A stretch of DNA of 35,564 bases. Origin: Chthoniobacteraceae bacterium (GTDB lineage: Bacteria > Verrucomicrobiota > Verrucomicrobiia > Chthoniobacterales > Chthoniobacteraceae). The translations under genes and the position numbers were made by a program. This document shows, in pieces, positions 16,601 to 26,900 of this stretch. The DNA is taken from the NCBI GenBank assembly GCA_031409335.1, contig JANNWY010000226.1, forward strand, positions 1-35,564, in the 5' to 3' direction. Below the pieces are notes generated by a model. It saw nothing but the letters and a program-made list of their open reading frames with translations. It was not told the DNA's origin and searched no databases. Within the stretch, counting starts at the first letter, position 1; each line of letters begins with the position of its first letter.

Positions 16601-19026
16601 GCACCCGGCGTCGTTGTAACTACGGCAAACGTTCCATTCGTTGGCGCGCTGGGTACACCGTTGGAAAATGTGAGCTGCACCGGGTTCCCGACGGCCACAT
16701 TGTGGCCGACGGCTGTGATTGTAATTTCGCTGTCTGTTTGGCTGAACGTGCCGGCTTGGGGACTCCCCGGTTCCGTCACGGAATACAATTGCTGATCGAA
16801 CATCACGCGCTGCGCGCCGGCGGCTGTGCCATAGAGGCGAACCGCCGATGAGACGAGCTTTCCACCTGTCCCGGGGATGCGGTCCAGCACCTCGATGGTC
16901 CACTTGCCAGTGCTATTCTCACCCCAGTGATGTGTCGTCGAAAATACCCATCCACCACTGCGCGGAGTTAGGATGCGCGTGTTAAAGTCGAGCACGATGT
17001 CGCGATAGTCCGTATCGGAATCCAAACCTCCGAACGGACGAAAATGTTGTTGAGCAAGCACACTCCGAACACCGGATGGAGAAATGACGACAATTTCCAA
17101 GTCACTGCGGTGCCGGTGAGTGATGAATACTTCGACTTCGATCTGCTCCACCCTGAGATTTGGGAAATTGACTCCGGTGAAATCGAAGTCACGGATCAAT
17201 TTCGTTGCGCCGTCATCAGGAATGTTGGTTCCCGTGGCACCAGGCTCTTTGCGTGCGCTAGATTGTGAAACTTCAGGTGCGAGATTGGTCCAAGTCTGAC
17301 CCCGGACGACCGCCGCATAGGAATCGACCAAACCCGAACCGTAGTCATGGTTAAACTTAAACCCACCACCATTGAACAGGCGTGCATTTCCAGTTTCGAG
17401 GGGGCGCACCACCCAATCGGCCGCGGTTTCGTCGATGCGGCGGGCGGTTCCAGCAAGGATTTCCTTCACATCGCGCCACGTAAGGGCAGGATTGGAAGCA
17501 AGCATCAATGCAACGACCCCGCTGGTAATCGGCGCTGCGGACGATGTGCCGTTCATTTGCCGCGTGTAGTCGGTGTTGTTGACATCGCCAGCCGCTGGGT
17601 TCAATCCTCCGATGCCGGTGACGTCGGTGGTGACACAACGTTGTTCATTTCCTAAGAATCCCAGTCCGCCGCCGGGCGCCGTGACTAGGATGGGCGCGCC
17701 GGGCTCGCTATAAGACGAAAATTTTCCCGTCGAATCGAGTGCGCCAACCGTCAGCACAAATCGCGAATTGGCGATGGAGCTATAGTTCGCATTTGACTGA
17801 TCGAATCGCCCATTGCCAGCGGAGAATACGGTGACTTGGCCTTTACCGTCGCGACCTTTCACCGCGGCATCCCGTTGGGCTGCCTTCGCCAGGATATCGA
17901 ATCCGCCCAAACCATACACATCTGGAATACCCCAGCTATTATTTGAAACGTCCACTTGGGTGTTATTCGGCGACCAAGTCAGCGCATCAGCAATGTCTTC
18001 ATCATTGAACGCGCCTGCGATCAAACGCAGACCCAGCAAACGCGCCTCGGGAGCGACGCCGCTGACGCCGAGCAACAAGCCAGTGGTTGGATCCGGGGAG
18101 CCGTTGTTTTGCCGCGCTGCCGCGAGACCTCCGACGCACGTCCCGTGGAAATCCCCATTCGAGTTGATTGGTTTCGGATCGTCGTCGTCATCGTTAAAGT
18201 CGCGATGCAGCTTGGTCGCAACCGGCGGGCAATTGGAGGTCAGATCGGGATGAAGGGTTTGCAGGCAATCGTCCACGATTGTGATGGTGATGCCATTTCC
18301 GAGGGTGACATCCCATGCAGGGAGAACGTTGATATCGACACCGACCACGGCATTGCGCTGCCCAGTATTGGCAAGGTGCCATTGCTCTTGGAAGAATTGA
18401 TCCTGCGGGGGGACCGCCATTTTCTGCATGAATTGACGAAGCAACGGCCGATGACGGACGCCCTGGCCTTCGAGTCGCTTCCCCGCTTCCGCAGCGAGGA
18501 AGGGCGAGGCGAACCTCAGCACGGCGACACCATGGATGCTGGTTTCGCGCACGGATGCCGCGCCCGCCCCATTGCGAGCCTGTTCCGGCGTCTCACCTTC
18601 TTTTAAGAACACCAGCACACTCTTGGAACCCATGCGGCGACTCCATTTGTCCCGCGGAGCCCCCTTGAGGTAAAAGACCGGCGCCATTTCAGCGTCCGGC
18701 ACAGCCAGGTCAATCTTCTCGGAACGCAGCACCGCGAGGTTCCGATTATATGCCCGCGGGAACTGCACCACGACCCGTGCGGCTGAACCGTCGATCACCC
18801 GGGAACCTGCCAGCTTCGTTTCCACCAACTGCCGCAGCCTGCCGGTCGGCTGCTCACCCCTCTGAGTCACTTCCACTTCATCCGCCGCCAATTCAAATGA
18901 CCGCGCCTGGCCGCCCTCCTCGATATTTAGTTCGAGCGGGATTTCTGCGTGCGCAGACAACGTATTGGCAATTATGACAGCCAATCCCGCAAAGGCGCGG
19001 GCGACTCTGCTGGAATATGTTTTCAT
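13630..19026 (-). CDS. Secreted kexin/furin-like S8 serine protease with P-domain, Calx-beta, Ig-like and InlB-type repeat domains and a long C-terminal beta domain
   Basis: Sec signal (..SAHA|EI). Catalytic IVDD (D ~18272), HGTCVGG (H ~18146), SAGN, NGTSSAAP (S ~17543). LTWRDV, FNHDYGSG, P-domain (HRHRSDLEI...WGENSTGKWTIEV), Calx-beta (TATAGQDY..GTLTFADG). Confidence 0.93.
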   Translation of the reverse strand: MKTYSSRVARAFAGLAVIIANTLSAHAEIPLELNIEEGGQARSFELAADEVEVTQRGEQPTGRLRQLVETKLAGSRVIDGSAARVVVQFPRAYNRNLAVLRSEKIDLAVPDAEMAPVFYLKGAPRDKWSRRMGSKSVLVFLKEGETPEQARNGAGAASVRETSIHGVAVLRFASPFLAAEAGKRLEGQGVRHRPLLRQFMQKMAVPPQDQFFQEQWHLANTGQRNAVVGVDINVLPAWDVTLGNGITITIVDDCLQTLHPDLTSNCPPVATKLHRDFNDDDDDPKPINSNGDFHGTCVGGLAAARQNNGSPDPTTGLLLGVSGVAPEARLLGLRLIAGAFNDEDIADALTWSPNNTQVDVSNNSWGIPDVYGLGGFDILAKAAQRDAAVKGRDGKGQVTVFSAGNGRFDQSNANYSSIANSRFVLTVGALDSTGKFSSYSEPGAPILVTAPGGGLGFLGNEQRCVTTDVTGIGGLNPAAGDVNNTDYTRQMNGTSSAAPITSGVVALMLASNPALTWRDVKEILAGTARRIDETAADWVVRPLETGNARLFNGGGFKFNHDYGSGLVDSYAAVVRGQTWTNLAPEVSQSSARKEPGATGTNIPDDGATKLIRDFDFTGVNFPNLRVEQIEVEVFITHRHRSDLEIVVISPSGVRSVLAQQHFRPFGGLDSDTDYRDIVLDFNTRILTPRSGGWVFSTTHHWGENSTGKWTIEVLDRIPGTGGKLVSSAVRLYGTAAGAQRVMFDQQLYSVTEPGSPQAGTFSQTDSEITITAVGHNVAVGNPVQLTFSNGVPSAPTNGTFAVVTTTPGASFTVTAADSVARTGDVILKPVVNQAVTVRRLGGTTDSFTVNYQTTVSTATAGQDYLVATGTLTFADGDVTKEILIPILADTAPEVTEAVQLVLTNPVGTGTASGIAFGGNTLARIGIVDDEINLVKVEATDSEAGERSTEVTADPGVFTITRSKVSPQPLDVFFTLGGSAVPGVGPGGDYNPLPNNGGIYVATIPAFQMTIEVVIQPREDAAIEGTENVVLQLQTSLAYQLGVPVSAEVIIVDNDRPKVQMTLLDNLANETFATSGDAASFLIRRNLVDSKPLIVFLNYGGTQILGTNYLLKYAGPDGQTRTLADPLVGNTIEIGPNQTDVTVTLEPINDTFYQATKTVDIAIQPRPDYDFNFGFLTSVHLNIVENDPFPDIRIPAIAISTPRANEVIDAPEPVTFSGRAGDNRKVARVLYRLNGGSYQNIAGLVPDTVNPLAVRWSIPINYVVSQGDITAGISVINGLAATTNIVAGMLVEAVGIPPGATVVSVAANSVTVDKQATGTATTTIRFSNLTLGSNVIEAFAIDEDGNSSRLTSVLFDYRQLRTLTVTVNGPGVVSRGFVPTSTREAGKVVRINAVASAGQVFNGWTGVADSTQRALAFVMPNADSTLTANFVPSPFVREIAGYYSGLVRVPAPAAFAVETSGFLRVNVSATGVFTGQLVLAGVTYPLHGEFTGSGQYVGEIRRVNSFPITLNFTIDVNPAGTQRIVGSISANSFVTTVIANRAAYSATNPVPSGPNSIVGRYTLLLPPASPIGDALRDPRGNGIGTVAVGSDGTVYLRATLPDGTRMVQRQPLSRDNTWPVFSNLYNNRGVLVGLVAIDHSRPGSDLAGKFDWSKPVVSKDRYFPLGFRIVNADLLGSTFRAPALGSPALNFPNPPNNGVLTLQEGSLLNDIVRTMTYSAANRISITNPGAERIILTVDPQTGFLSGTFTHPVSRASTPLSGVIFDKLNIAVGRFQGSSVPGERPQTGRLLIEQAPLVGP

Positions 19027-19118
19027 TGTGGAGGAATCGATCTGGGCTGGAGAGTTGTGACTGCTGTGAGAATGCTGTGCAAATTCAGCAAAGGTGAAAG
19101 GAAGATTGTGCCCGTTCG

Positions 19119-22100
19119 TTAGCTGATGACGAAAACATTTCCGGGATAATTGAAGGAGTTTCCATTCTTTGTGGGTTGCTTCGAAACGATCAGCGCTCCA
19201 TCCAAGAGCTGCCCGTCGATCACAGGGAACGGAACTGGATTGCCGTCCTTATCGCGATAGTCCACCGGATCGCCGACGGTTTTGTTCGTTCCAATTCGAG
19301 CGCCCGAAAGAATCGTGAAATCCGAGGCCATTTGAATCGCCGCGATGCGCTCGACACTACCTGCGACAGCCGACATGATTTCGCGGGCAACGATATTCGA
19401 AAGTGTGCCGTTCAGTCCTCTGAATGCGGGGTTCGAGTCGAAGATCGGCACATGGGAGATACTGTAGCCCCCGAAGCCTTCTTTCAATCGACCGGCAGCC
19501 CCCACGACGATGCCGACATTGCCAAACGAGTCGTCCACCGACCCTGGCGAGAGCGGATCACGCAGGTTTTCGGTGATGAAGTCGGTCATCGACTCACCGT
19601 TGCGGATGTCGTTGTAAGACTTGATCGCGATCCCCGGCAGGATGTTTCCAATCGTGCCGTCGGCAATGATGTTGCGCACCAATCCGCCTTCACCCACAAA
19701 CCGCCCGGTGGTCTGATCCGCGATGGTGCCGTAATTGACGGTGTCACCGCCATTCCCCGCGATGAACTCTCCGCGCGATGCAATCCCGCCAAATTGGCTG
19801 ACCGCAATGATATCTCCGCCCTGTCCACCCTGGCCCACCCTGCCGCCAAACGCCTTCTGGCCTTGATTCAGAGTCTGATCGATCGGATTCGGAATGAATG
19901 CAGACGCGGTGCCGCCGTCGCCGGCGATAAATACTGCCTTGGCGAACGTGCTGCCGCCCACGGAAACCCGGGCATTGAAGACCGATCCACCGTTGCCACC
20001 GACCGTCAGCCCGGCGCCACCGGCACCAGCCACGAGGACGAATGGGTTCTCGTCGTTCTTGCTGTCGATCGCGCTGACCGAACCGCCGGTCCCACCCACG
20101 CCTCCCGCACTCAGGCCACCATTGCCGCCGAGGATGCGGTTGAAACCGTAAACCGTCGCAGGCAATGAGAGCGCGTTCAAAATACCACGGGTCGGCGTCT
20201 TAATGTCCGACACGCTGCCGCCATCGCCGCCCGCACCACTCACTCCGCGTCCACCGGAGCCCGCGATCACGCTTAACACGGCCGGATTCTCCGCGCCCGT
20301 GGGATTGTTGATGAAATTCGCGACCGAGCCGCCGTCGCCTCCGGCACTGCCGTTTCCACCATTCCCCGCCTGGAGAAGGATGTCGCCTCCCAACAGATTG
20401 GTCACGGTTTGCAGGGGACTGACGTTTCTCACTGAACCACCATTGCCACCTGGCCCGGAACTCGCCGTGCCGCCATTTCCCGCGACGTATTGGATCAATC
20501 CGGCAGAGTCTCCGGCAAAACCAAGGTTAAACGCACCCTTGAAGTTCAAAACGCTGCCGCCGTTGCCACCCCCCCTGATGCCATTCCCGCCATTGCCCGC
20601 GTTCATTACCTGAAAGGTATCGCGATTATCAAAGAATCCGACAAGACCATTGCCCAGGATCGAGCCGCCATTGCCACCAGTCAATCCAGGGCCGCCGTTG
20701 CCCGCCAAGATTTCAACTCCGGTCTCCACCGAGATGGAACGGATCGTTCCACCATCACCACCCGCAGCCGCGACGCCAATGCCGCCACTCCCCGCGTGGA
20801 GGTTGACCTCGCTATGAAAGCCCTGCGTATTGGCAGGGTAGCGGACCACCACTCCGCTGATACCGCCGCCATTGCCGCCCTTGGTAAAGCCAGTGCCGCC
20901 CTGCCCGGCATCGAAGTTGATCAACCCATTGAAAAAACGATTCGCCGGAAGCGTCACATTCACCGATCCAAAAAGATCAATACCGACCACCGCCAAGTCA
21001 GTACCCAGCGATCCGCCATTGCCACCGCGGCCGATGAGGGCGTCACCGCCATCACCGATGTCAAAGGTGAGGTAATGTTCCGACAATGGATTACCTAAAA
21101 AATTAAACGGAAAGGCGAAGCCTGCAGAATCAATGAAGCCAGACGGTTTTCTGGCAAGCGAAACTGCGTATTGCCCGGCAGTGCCAGCGGTCGTCGGGAA
21201 ATACAAATCCCACGCGATGACTTCGGGATCTTTACCGCTGGCGAAGTTACTAACTACCAAGTTCTCGACGATCCCACCGGGATTCGCGAGGACCACGTTG
21301 TTGCGCGGCGGAGTCGTGATCTGGATTTCGTCCACTCGAAAAGCGAAGCCAGGAACCCCGTAATCGAGGATCGCGACCTCATCGAACCGTCCATCAAGGT
21401 CCGCATCCGTGACCCGAATCGCCCGCTGTTCCGTTCCGATATTCAGATTCCTCGGTCCAAAGAAGAATCCCCGTTGGTCTGGCGTTGAAAAATTCTGGGT
21501 GACGACGGTCGCGTCGCCGGCACCATCACCCCTCGCCGCTACGAGGAAGCCAGCCGGCTCTTCCGTAACCGCGGCAAAATCGGTGCGACCATCGTTGTCG
21601 AAATCCAAAGTGGTAAAATCCCTCAGAGACGCACCAACAATATTGATCTTGTCACCCCCAACGTCCCGGTTTGCATCCACAGTAAATGCGATCGTGTTGA
21701 CCAGTGTGGGTCCGAACAATCCTGGGACGAAATTATCATAAATCTCCACAAAATTGCGAATGACTGCCTCGGTGAGGCCGCCAACCTGATTACTATTCTG
21801 CACCGCAGCGGCGACAATCACGTCATGAGTCGCCGCCGTCGAAAGGGCGGTTGATTCAATGATGCCTTTGCCACCTCCCAATGAACCATCATTAAGCGGA
21901 ACGAATGGTAAAAAGGGATTGGCCCCTTGGGGTGGCTGCGCAATGGCTTTGCTCCCAAAGTTTGCGTAGAACTCCCCGGTCGGGCGGCCATCCTCCACAT
22001 CTGGACGCATGAAAATGAGCACTTGGGCAAGCGGCCCGCCGGCGGTAGGCGGCTTCTCGATGTAAGTGGCAACAATCGCAATATCCGTATAGCCATCGCC

Positions 22101-23978
22101 GTCGAAGTCACCGGTTTCGATGTCATTGATCGCGTGGGCCGAGTGGTAGTAGGCGAATTGGAAATTGAAAAACGGACCCGCATCTGGATCACCCACATTC
22201 AAGCTGGGCAACGGCGATTGCCGGGAAGAATAAAACCCAATGAAATCATCCACACCGTTTCGATTGACATCCTCCTCCGAGGAAAGGCCGTTGACGTTGG
22301 CGTCTTCATAGCGATTCAGGAAAACGAAAACTCCGCCGAACGCACCGCCAGCCGATGAGGCCGTGGCAATATCCTGATGCCCGTCGCCATTAAAATCGCC
22401 CACAGTGAGCGCTTCCGCGTCGATCGGCGCATCCAGATACAGGCGCACCGGGTTCCCCGTGATTGGATCGGCCCGCCAGCCACCCTGTCCGTCGCCAAAC
22501 TGCACCACCAGTTGTTCTGCCTCGCTCGTGGTGAAGACAATATCGCCCAACCCGTCACCATCGAAATCGACCGCTTTCGTTCGGCCAATGATTCCGGTTT
22601 CCGTCAGTCTGCCGGTAATGATGTCATGCGCGCCGTCGTGGCTCGAACCAATGATATTGCGGCCATACTCCCCGGTTCCCTCCGGCGTCGTGACCACGCC
22701 TCGCAGCAGACTGGCACCGTTGCCGCCGATCGTAAATCCATCGCCCCCGCTGCCGGTGGTGATTGAAACGCCGCCATTCAGATTCAACACTGCGCCCGCG
22801 GTACTCCCAGGTACCACCAAGTCCAAAACGCCGCCGTTACCGCCGGCTGCCGCCGTCCCGGTGCCGCCATTGCCAGTCTTGATCACCACTTGGCTGGTGA
22901 CTGATCCCGCGTCGGAAAAATTGGTGATTGAACCACCCGCACCGCCAGTTCGTCCACTGCCGCCATTGCCAGCGATGATCGAGTAGCCTCCGGCATTGTC
23001 CGAACTCAACTGGACATTGTCGATATTACCACCCCGCGCTCCGACGCCGCCGTCTCCAGCAAACACGCCATGGATATTGAAGGGAGTCGTTGCATCCGCC
23101 GCTCGCACGGTGGAAATATCTCCGCCGACCTGACCCGCCAGCGGCGTGAACGTGCGAATCGTGCCCTGAATATCATTTGCCGCGGTAAGTGAAAAACTGA
23201 AGTATTCCCCAGATGCGGCCGAGCCCGTCCGAATCGAGCCAATCGTGGGTATGAAATCGATGAAAAAATGAGTTCCTGGGACACCGTCGAACTCCGCAGT
23301 CTGAAATTGACGCCCTGCGTCATCAATGATCAGGCCGCTATTCGCATCGCCAGGAATGCCAAAGCCAGCGCCCACGAGAATATTGCCGTGAATGGAATAG
23401 CTGCTCAATGCAAGCCGCAGCGAAATATCTGCATCGTCCACCACACCATTGGCATTTTGGTCGGTGAGATCGGTAATCGCCAAGGAGCGCAGTTCGATCT
23501 TTTCGATCGAAACGTTATTTAACAAACGCCCATCGCCTCTCAGGAACGGATCATCACCGATGGTGGAGTTATTTGAATCCGTCAGGGTGCGATCGGCGTC
23601 GAGGTTGGTGACGATGTCTCCGTTGATATCGATAAAGCTCACCATGCGCAGACCCGCACCCGCGGCGATGCCGGTGATTTCGTTAAAATCAACGATCTTG
23701 TTGTTGTTGAAATCCGACGTGAAAATGAGTGCCTCCCCGTGTTCAACGAAAAGCAGATAGGCACCGCTCCGCGCACCGACGCCGGTCGTAAGGATCTGCC
23801 CTGCTTTCAGCAGCAACGGAGTCTCAGTCTTTGCGGAGACGAAATTCTGGTTGCCGATCGGATCGAGATCGTAAGCCCGCTCGGCTTCGGCGATCGAGGC
23901 GACGACCCCGGCGGCCGCTGGTGCGATGCGGGCCTCGAGGATTTCCAGACTGTGCGGGGATTTGGCGTGAAAGCGCAT
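19119..23978 (-). CDS. Giant LEPRxLL-type (LEARIAPA) extracellular protein with PGRS-like Gly repeats and FG-GAP/VCBS repeats
   Basis: LEILEARIAPA leader, many AGxGGxGxxGGxGG units, DFDGDG/GDFNGDG/DFDNDG FG-GAP motifs, DxNxNG Ca-binding loops. Confidence 0.88.
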   Translation of the reverse strand: MRFHAKSPHSLEILEARIAPAAAGVVASIAEAERAYDLDPIGNQNFVSAKTETPLLLKAGQILTTGVGARSGAYLLFVEHGEALIFTSDFNNNKIVDFNEITGIAAGAGLRMVSFIDINGDIVTNLDADRTLTDSNNSTIGDDPFLRGDGRLLNNVSIEKIELRSLAITDLTDQNANGVVDDADISLRLALSSYSIHGNILVGAGFGIPGDANSGLIIDDAGRQFQTAEFDGVPGTHFFIDFIPTIGSIRTGSAASGEYFSFSLTAANDIQGTIRTFTPLAGQVGGDISTVRAADATTPFNIHGVFAGDGGVGARGGNIDNVQLSSDNAGGYSIIAGNGGSGRTGGAGGSITNFSDAGSVTSQVVIKTGNGGTGTAAAGGNGGVLDLVVPGSTAGAVLNLNGGVSITTGSGGDGFTIGGNGASLLRGVVTTPEGTGEYGRNIIGSSHDGAHDIITGRLTETGIIGRTKAVDFDGDGLGDIVFTTSEAEQLVVQFGDGQGGWRADPITGNPVRLYLDAPIDAEALTVGDFNGDGHQDIATASSAGGAFGGVFVFLNRYEDANVNGLSSEEDVNRNGVDDFIGFYSSRQSPLPSLNVGDPDAGPFFNFQFAYYHSAHAINDIETGDFDGDGYTDIAIVATYIEKPPTAGGPLAQVLIFMRPDVEDGRPTGEFYANFGSKAIAQPPQGANPFLPFVPLNDGSLGGGKGIIESTALSTAATHDVIVAAAVQNSNQVGGLTEAVIRNFVEIYDNFVPGLFGPTLVNTIAFTVDANRDVGGDKINIVGASLRDFTTLDFDNDGRTDFAAVTEEPAGFLVAARGDGAGDATVVTQNFSTPDQRGFFFGPRNLNIGTEQRAIRVTDADLDGRFDEVAILDYGVPGFAFRVDEIQITTPPRNNVVLANPGGIVENLVVSNFASGKDPEVIAWDLYFPTTAGTAGQYAVSLARKPSGFIDSAGFAFPFNFLGNPLSEHYLTFDIGDGGDALIGRGGNGGSLGTDLAVVGIDLFGSVNVTLPANRFFNGLINFDAGQGGTGFTKGGNGGGISGVVVRYPANTQGFHSEVNLHAGSGGIGVAAAGGDGGTIRSISVETGVEILAGNGGPGLTGGNGGSILGNGLVGFFDNRDTFQVMNAGNGGNGIRGGGNGGSVLNFKGAFNLGFAGDSAGLIQYVAGNGGTASSGPGGNGGSVRNVSPLQTVTNLLGGDILLQAGNGGNGSAGGDGGSVANFINNPTGAENPAVLSVIAGSGGRGVSGAGGDGGSVSDIKTPTRGILNALSLPATVYGFNRILGGNGGLSAGGVGGTGGSVSAIDSKNDENPFVLVAGAGGAGLTVGGNGGSVFNARVSVGGSTFAKAVFIAGDGGTASAFIPNPIDQTLNQGQKAFGGRVGQGGQGGDIIAVSQFGGIASRGEFIAGNGGDTVNYGTIADQTTGRFVGEGGLVRNIIADGTIGNILPGIAIKSYNDIRNGESMTDFITENLRDPLSPGSVDDSFGNVGIVVGAAGRLKEGFGGYSISHVPIFDSNPAFRGLNGTLSNIVAREIMSAVAGSVERIAAIQMASDFTILSGARIGTNKTVGDPVDYRDKDGNPVPFPVIDGQLLDGALIVSKQPTKNGNSFNYPGNVFVIS

Positions 23979-23993
23979 GTTTCGGGAGTTGGG

Positions 23994-26900
23994 TTAAATG
24001 AGGTTATCGTTGTCGAAGAACCCGGCGATCGTCATTTTCGCCTCCGGGGTGACGTTGGTATTGATTTGATCGAAGCGCCTGGCCATCACGAGGCCATCGA
24101 TTGGGATGTCGCCGAGGGTGAAGCTGCCAAGGTGAAGCGCATCCACGCCGGGATCGAAGACCCCATTCGCGTTCGCGTCCGTGAATGATTTGAAGACATT
24201 CGCGTCGATTTCATTGATGTCCGCAATCGCGCCGAGCAGCCGGGCTTCCGCGCGGTAGAAGAGCGAGTTAAATTCCCCTTTCTTAATCGGCGTCAAAAAC
24301 TGGATCTCACGGACCGACCCACTGCCATCCGCGCCAGTCGTCACGCTGTAGTCTTCAAATTGTACACCACCGAACGGCAACTGGTCATTGTCCGCGCCAA
24401 AAACAACGCTGAAGCTGGAGTCCAAATTCGTCCTCACGGCGACCGTCTTGCCGGTTGCCTGCACGGTTGAGAGTGCATTGAGCGCATCCTGGATTTGCTG
24501 TTGAGAAGCATTCGCCGGAAGCACGCCGGTATTTTCGTTGTTAAAGCTCAATTGATACGAGCCGACATGATACAAGTCGATCTTCTGCTTCTCATGGATA
24601 AAGGCCACGCTTGTGACCGCCGGTTGATCGTTAAACTCGACGAATGAGATGCCAAGGAATCCAGTCCCAACCCCGTTGGCAACTGTCGTATCCGCGAGTG
24701 ACACCGCATCCAGCGCGGCTTCGATTTGCAGCGGAGTCGCGTTGTAGGGAAGACGGGTCGTGGTGCCGGTCCCACGCGTTTGGAGTCCGGACAGATCCGG
24801 CTGATCGCCGAAGATGTTAAACTTGATCGTGAACACATTCGGCGAAACCGTCGTCACCACGACCGCGCCGGTATTGCCCGTCCGGATCGCCAGGATGGAA
24901 GGCAGCGCATTGAGCGCAGTCTGAATCTGAGCCGCATCCGCCGTGACCGGCAACACGGCAGTGGTGCTGCTATTAAACGTTAACGCAACGGTCGTATTCG
25001 CCACGGCGGCGAACTGCGACAGATCCAGTCGGATGGTCTCACCGTTTAGCGGGCCACCGCCAGCACCCGTAATCTGCTCGACATCGCCAAAGTCGTTAAT
25101 TTGCACGTTGTAACGATTCGGTTGACCCGCAATCGGCGTGACGGTAACCCCCGGGAAATTCTGCAGCGCACCGGTTGGCAATAGATCAAGCGCTGCGTCA
25201 ATCGCCGCCGCGTTTGCGGTTCCAAGCAGCGGGACCGTGGAATTCGGTGCGAGCGTCAGGACAATTTCACCACCGACAATGGGGACGATTCGCGCGGTAT
25301 CCAGAGTCTGCAATTCGCGCAGTCCGCCAATGCCGGTGATCAACTGCTGGTTGCCGTTGTTGGTGAACGTGATGCTGAATGCCTGATTGGCGGTCGCATC
25401 GGGCACGACGGTGACGCCGCCGTTGACGATCAGATCCAGCGCCGCATCGATTTGGCCCGCTGTCGCGAGAGCGGGGAGGAAGGTGGTTCTCAATGGCTGC
25501 GCGCCATTGGGCTGCGGGAACTCAAGGTAAAATTCCCCAAACGGTCCGGCGAACGCGAACAACTGCGCCAAATCCAGAAACTGCTCCTCGGGCGAACCAT
25601 TCGGATCAGGCGAGCCATCCGCAACCGTAGCCGTCAACAAGTCCGTAACAACACCGTTGCGAACGGTGGTCGAAGGAACCGGAATAGAAGTTCCCTGAAT
25701 CGTCTCATCGATTTTTGTAAAATGGTCGATGTGCAGCGTGAATTCCGCAGTGTCAACAGTGGTCACCCTGGAAAGGTCCAGGCTCTGGACTTCCGGCCGG
25801 GTGCCAAATGCCTGCAAGGAAACGCGCTCGCCCACGTTGCCAAAGGTGATCGAGAACGTGTTTTGCAATCCGCCAGTGACCACCACATTTCCCACTGCCT
25901 GAATCCCGGTCAGCGCATTCAGTGCAATTTGGATCTGTGCCGGCGTCGCATTGGGCGGCAGCGACGCAGTCGTCTGGTCGCCAAACGAGATCGTGAACTG
26001 ACCGGCGGGAACGTTCGCGAAACTACCCACATTGAGCACCTGCAATTCCTGCACAAAACCTTCGGCCTCGAAGTTAGCCTTGCCTTGGATCGTGTTGAAA
26101 ACGATGTCGAACGTGCCAAGGATCGGGCTCGTCACCGTCACGCCACCGGCTGTCACGACGCTCTGCAGCGCATTCAATGCCGTCGCGACGTTCGCAGTGG
26201 TTGCCGTCACCGGAATGTTTGGAGTGGAGTCTCCAAGGAACGTCAGCACATAGCTGCCGGTCGGAAATGCGGCGATCGTTCCGAGGTCGAGTCGCTGGTT
26301 TTCCTGGACGTAGAAATTTCCGAGGATCGGCGCTTCATCGAATCCCGACAGCAAAGTGATGTCAAAAACCCGCGGGAGCGAAACCGATTCAGCGACGGTG
26401 ACGCCACCGATGAGGACGATCGAGGGCAAAAGATTCAGCGCCGCCGCAATCGCCGCAGCCGATATATTCCCCGCCAGGAGCGCTGTGGTATCGCCACCGA
26501 AACTCATGTCGAACCGGCCCGTCGAAGAAACCGCCAGTGCGCGTAAATCCAGTTGCTGCACCTCATTGGTCATTGTCAGCGGATCAGCTTGCCCGATCTC
26601 GCTGGTCGAGTAAGCCGATGTCCCCGGCACCGTCTCGACGATCACCAACGGATCCTGCCCCGAGCGAAATTCCGTGACTGGCAGCACCTGCCTTCCGCTG
26701 ATCGTTTCCGCAGCCGTCCCCAGCAGCGTTTCACCTTTGATCTGTTCAGCCACATCCGCACCGACCTGCTCGACTCCTGAAATCGCCGCACGCTGCCCAT
26801 TTTGGATAAACGTGACCCGGTAACCTCCATTCGGCGTCACCTCCACATCCACCCCGCCCGCAGCCGCAATACCCGCGAGTCCGTCCAGCGCGGTCTTCAC

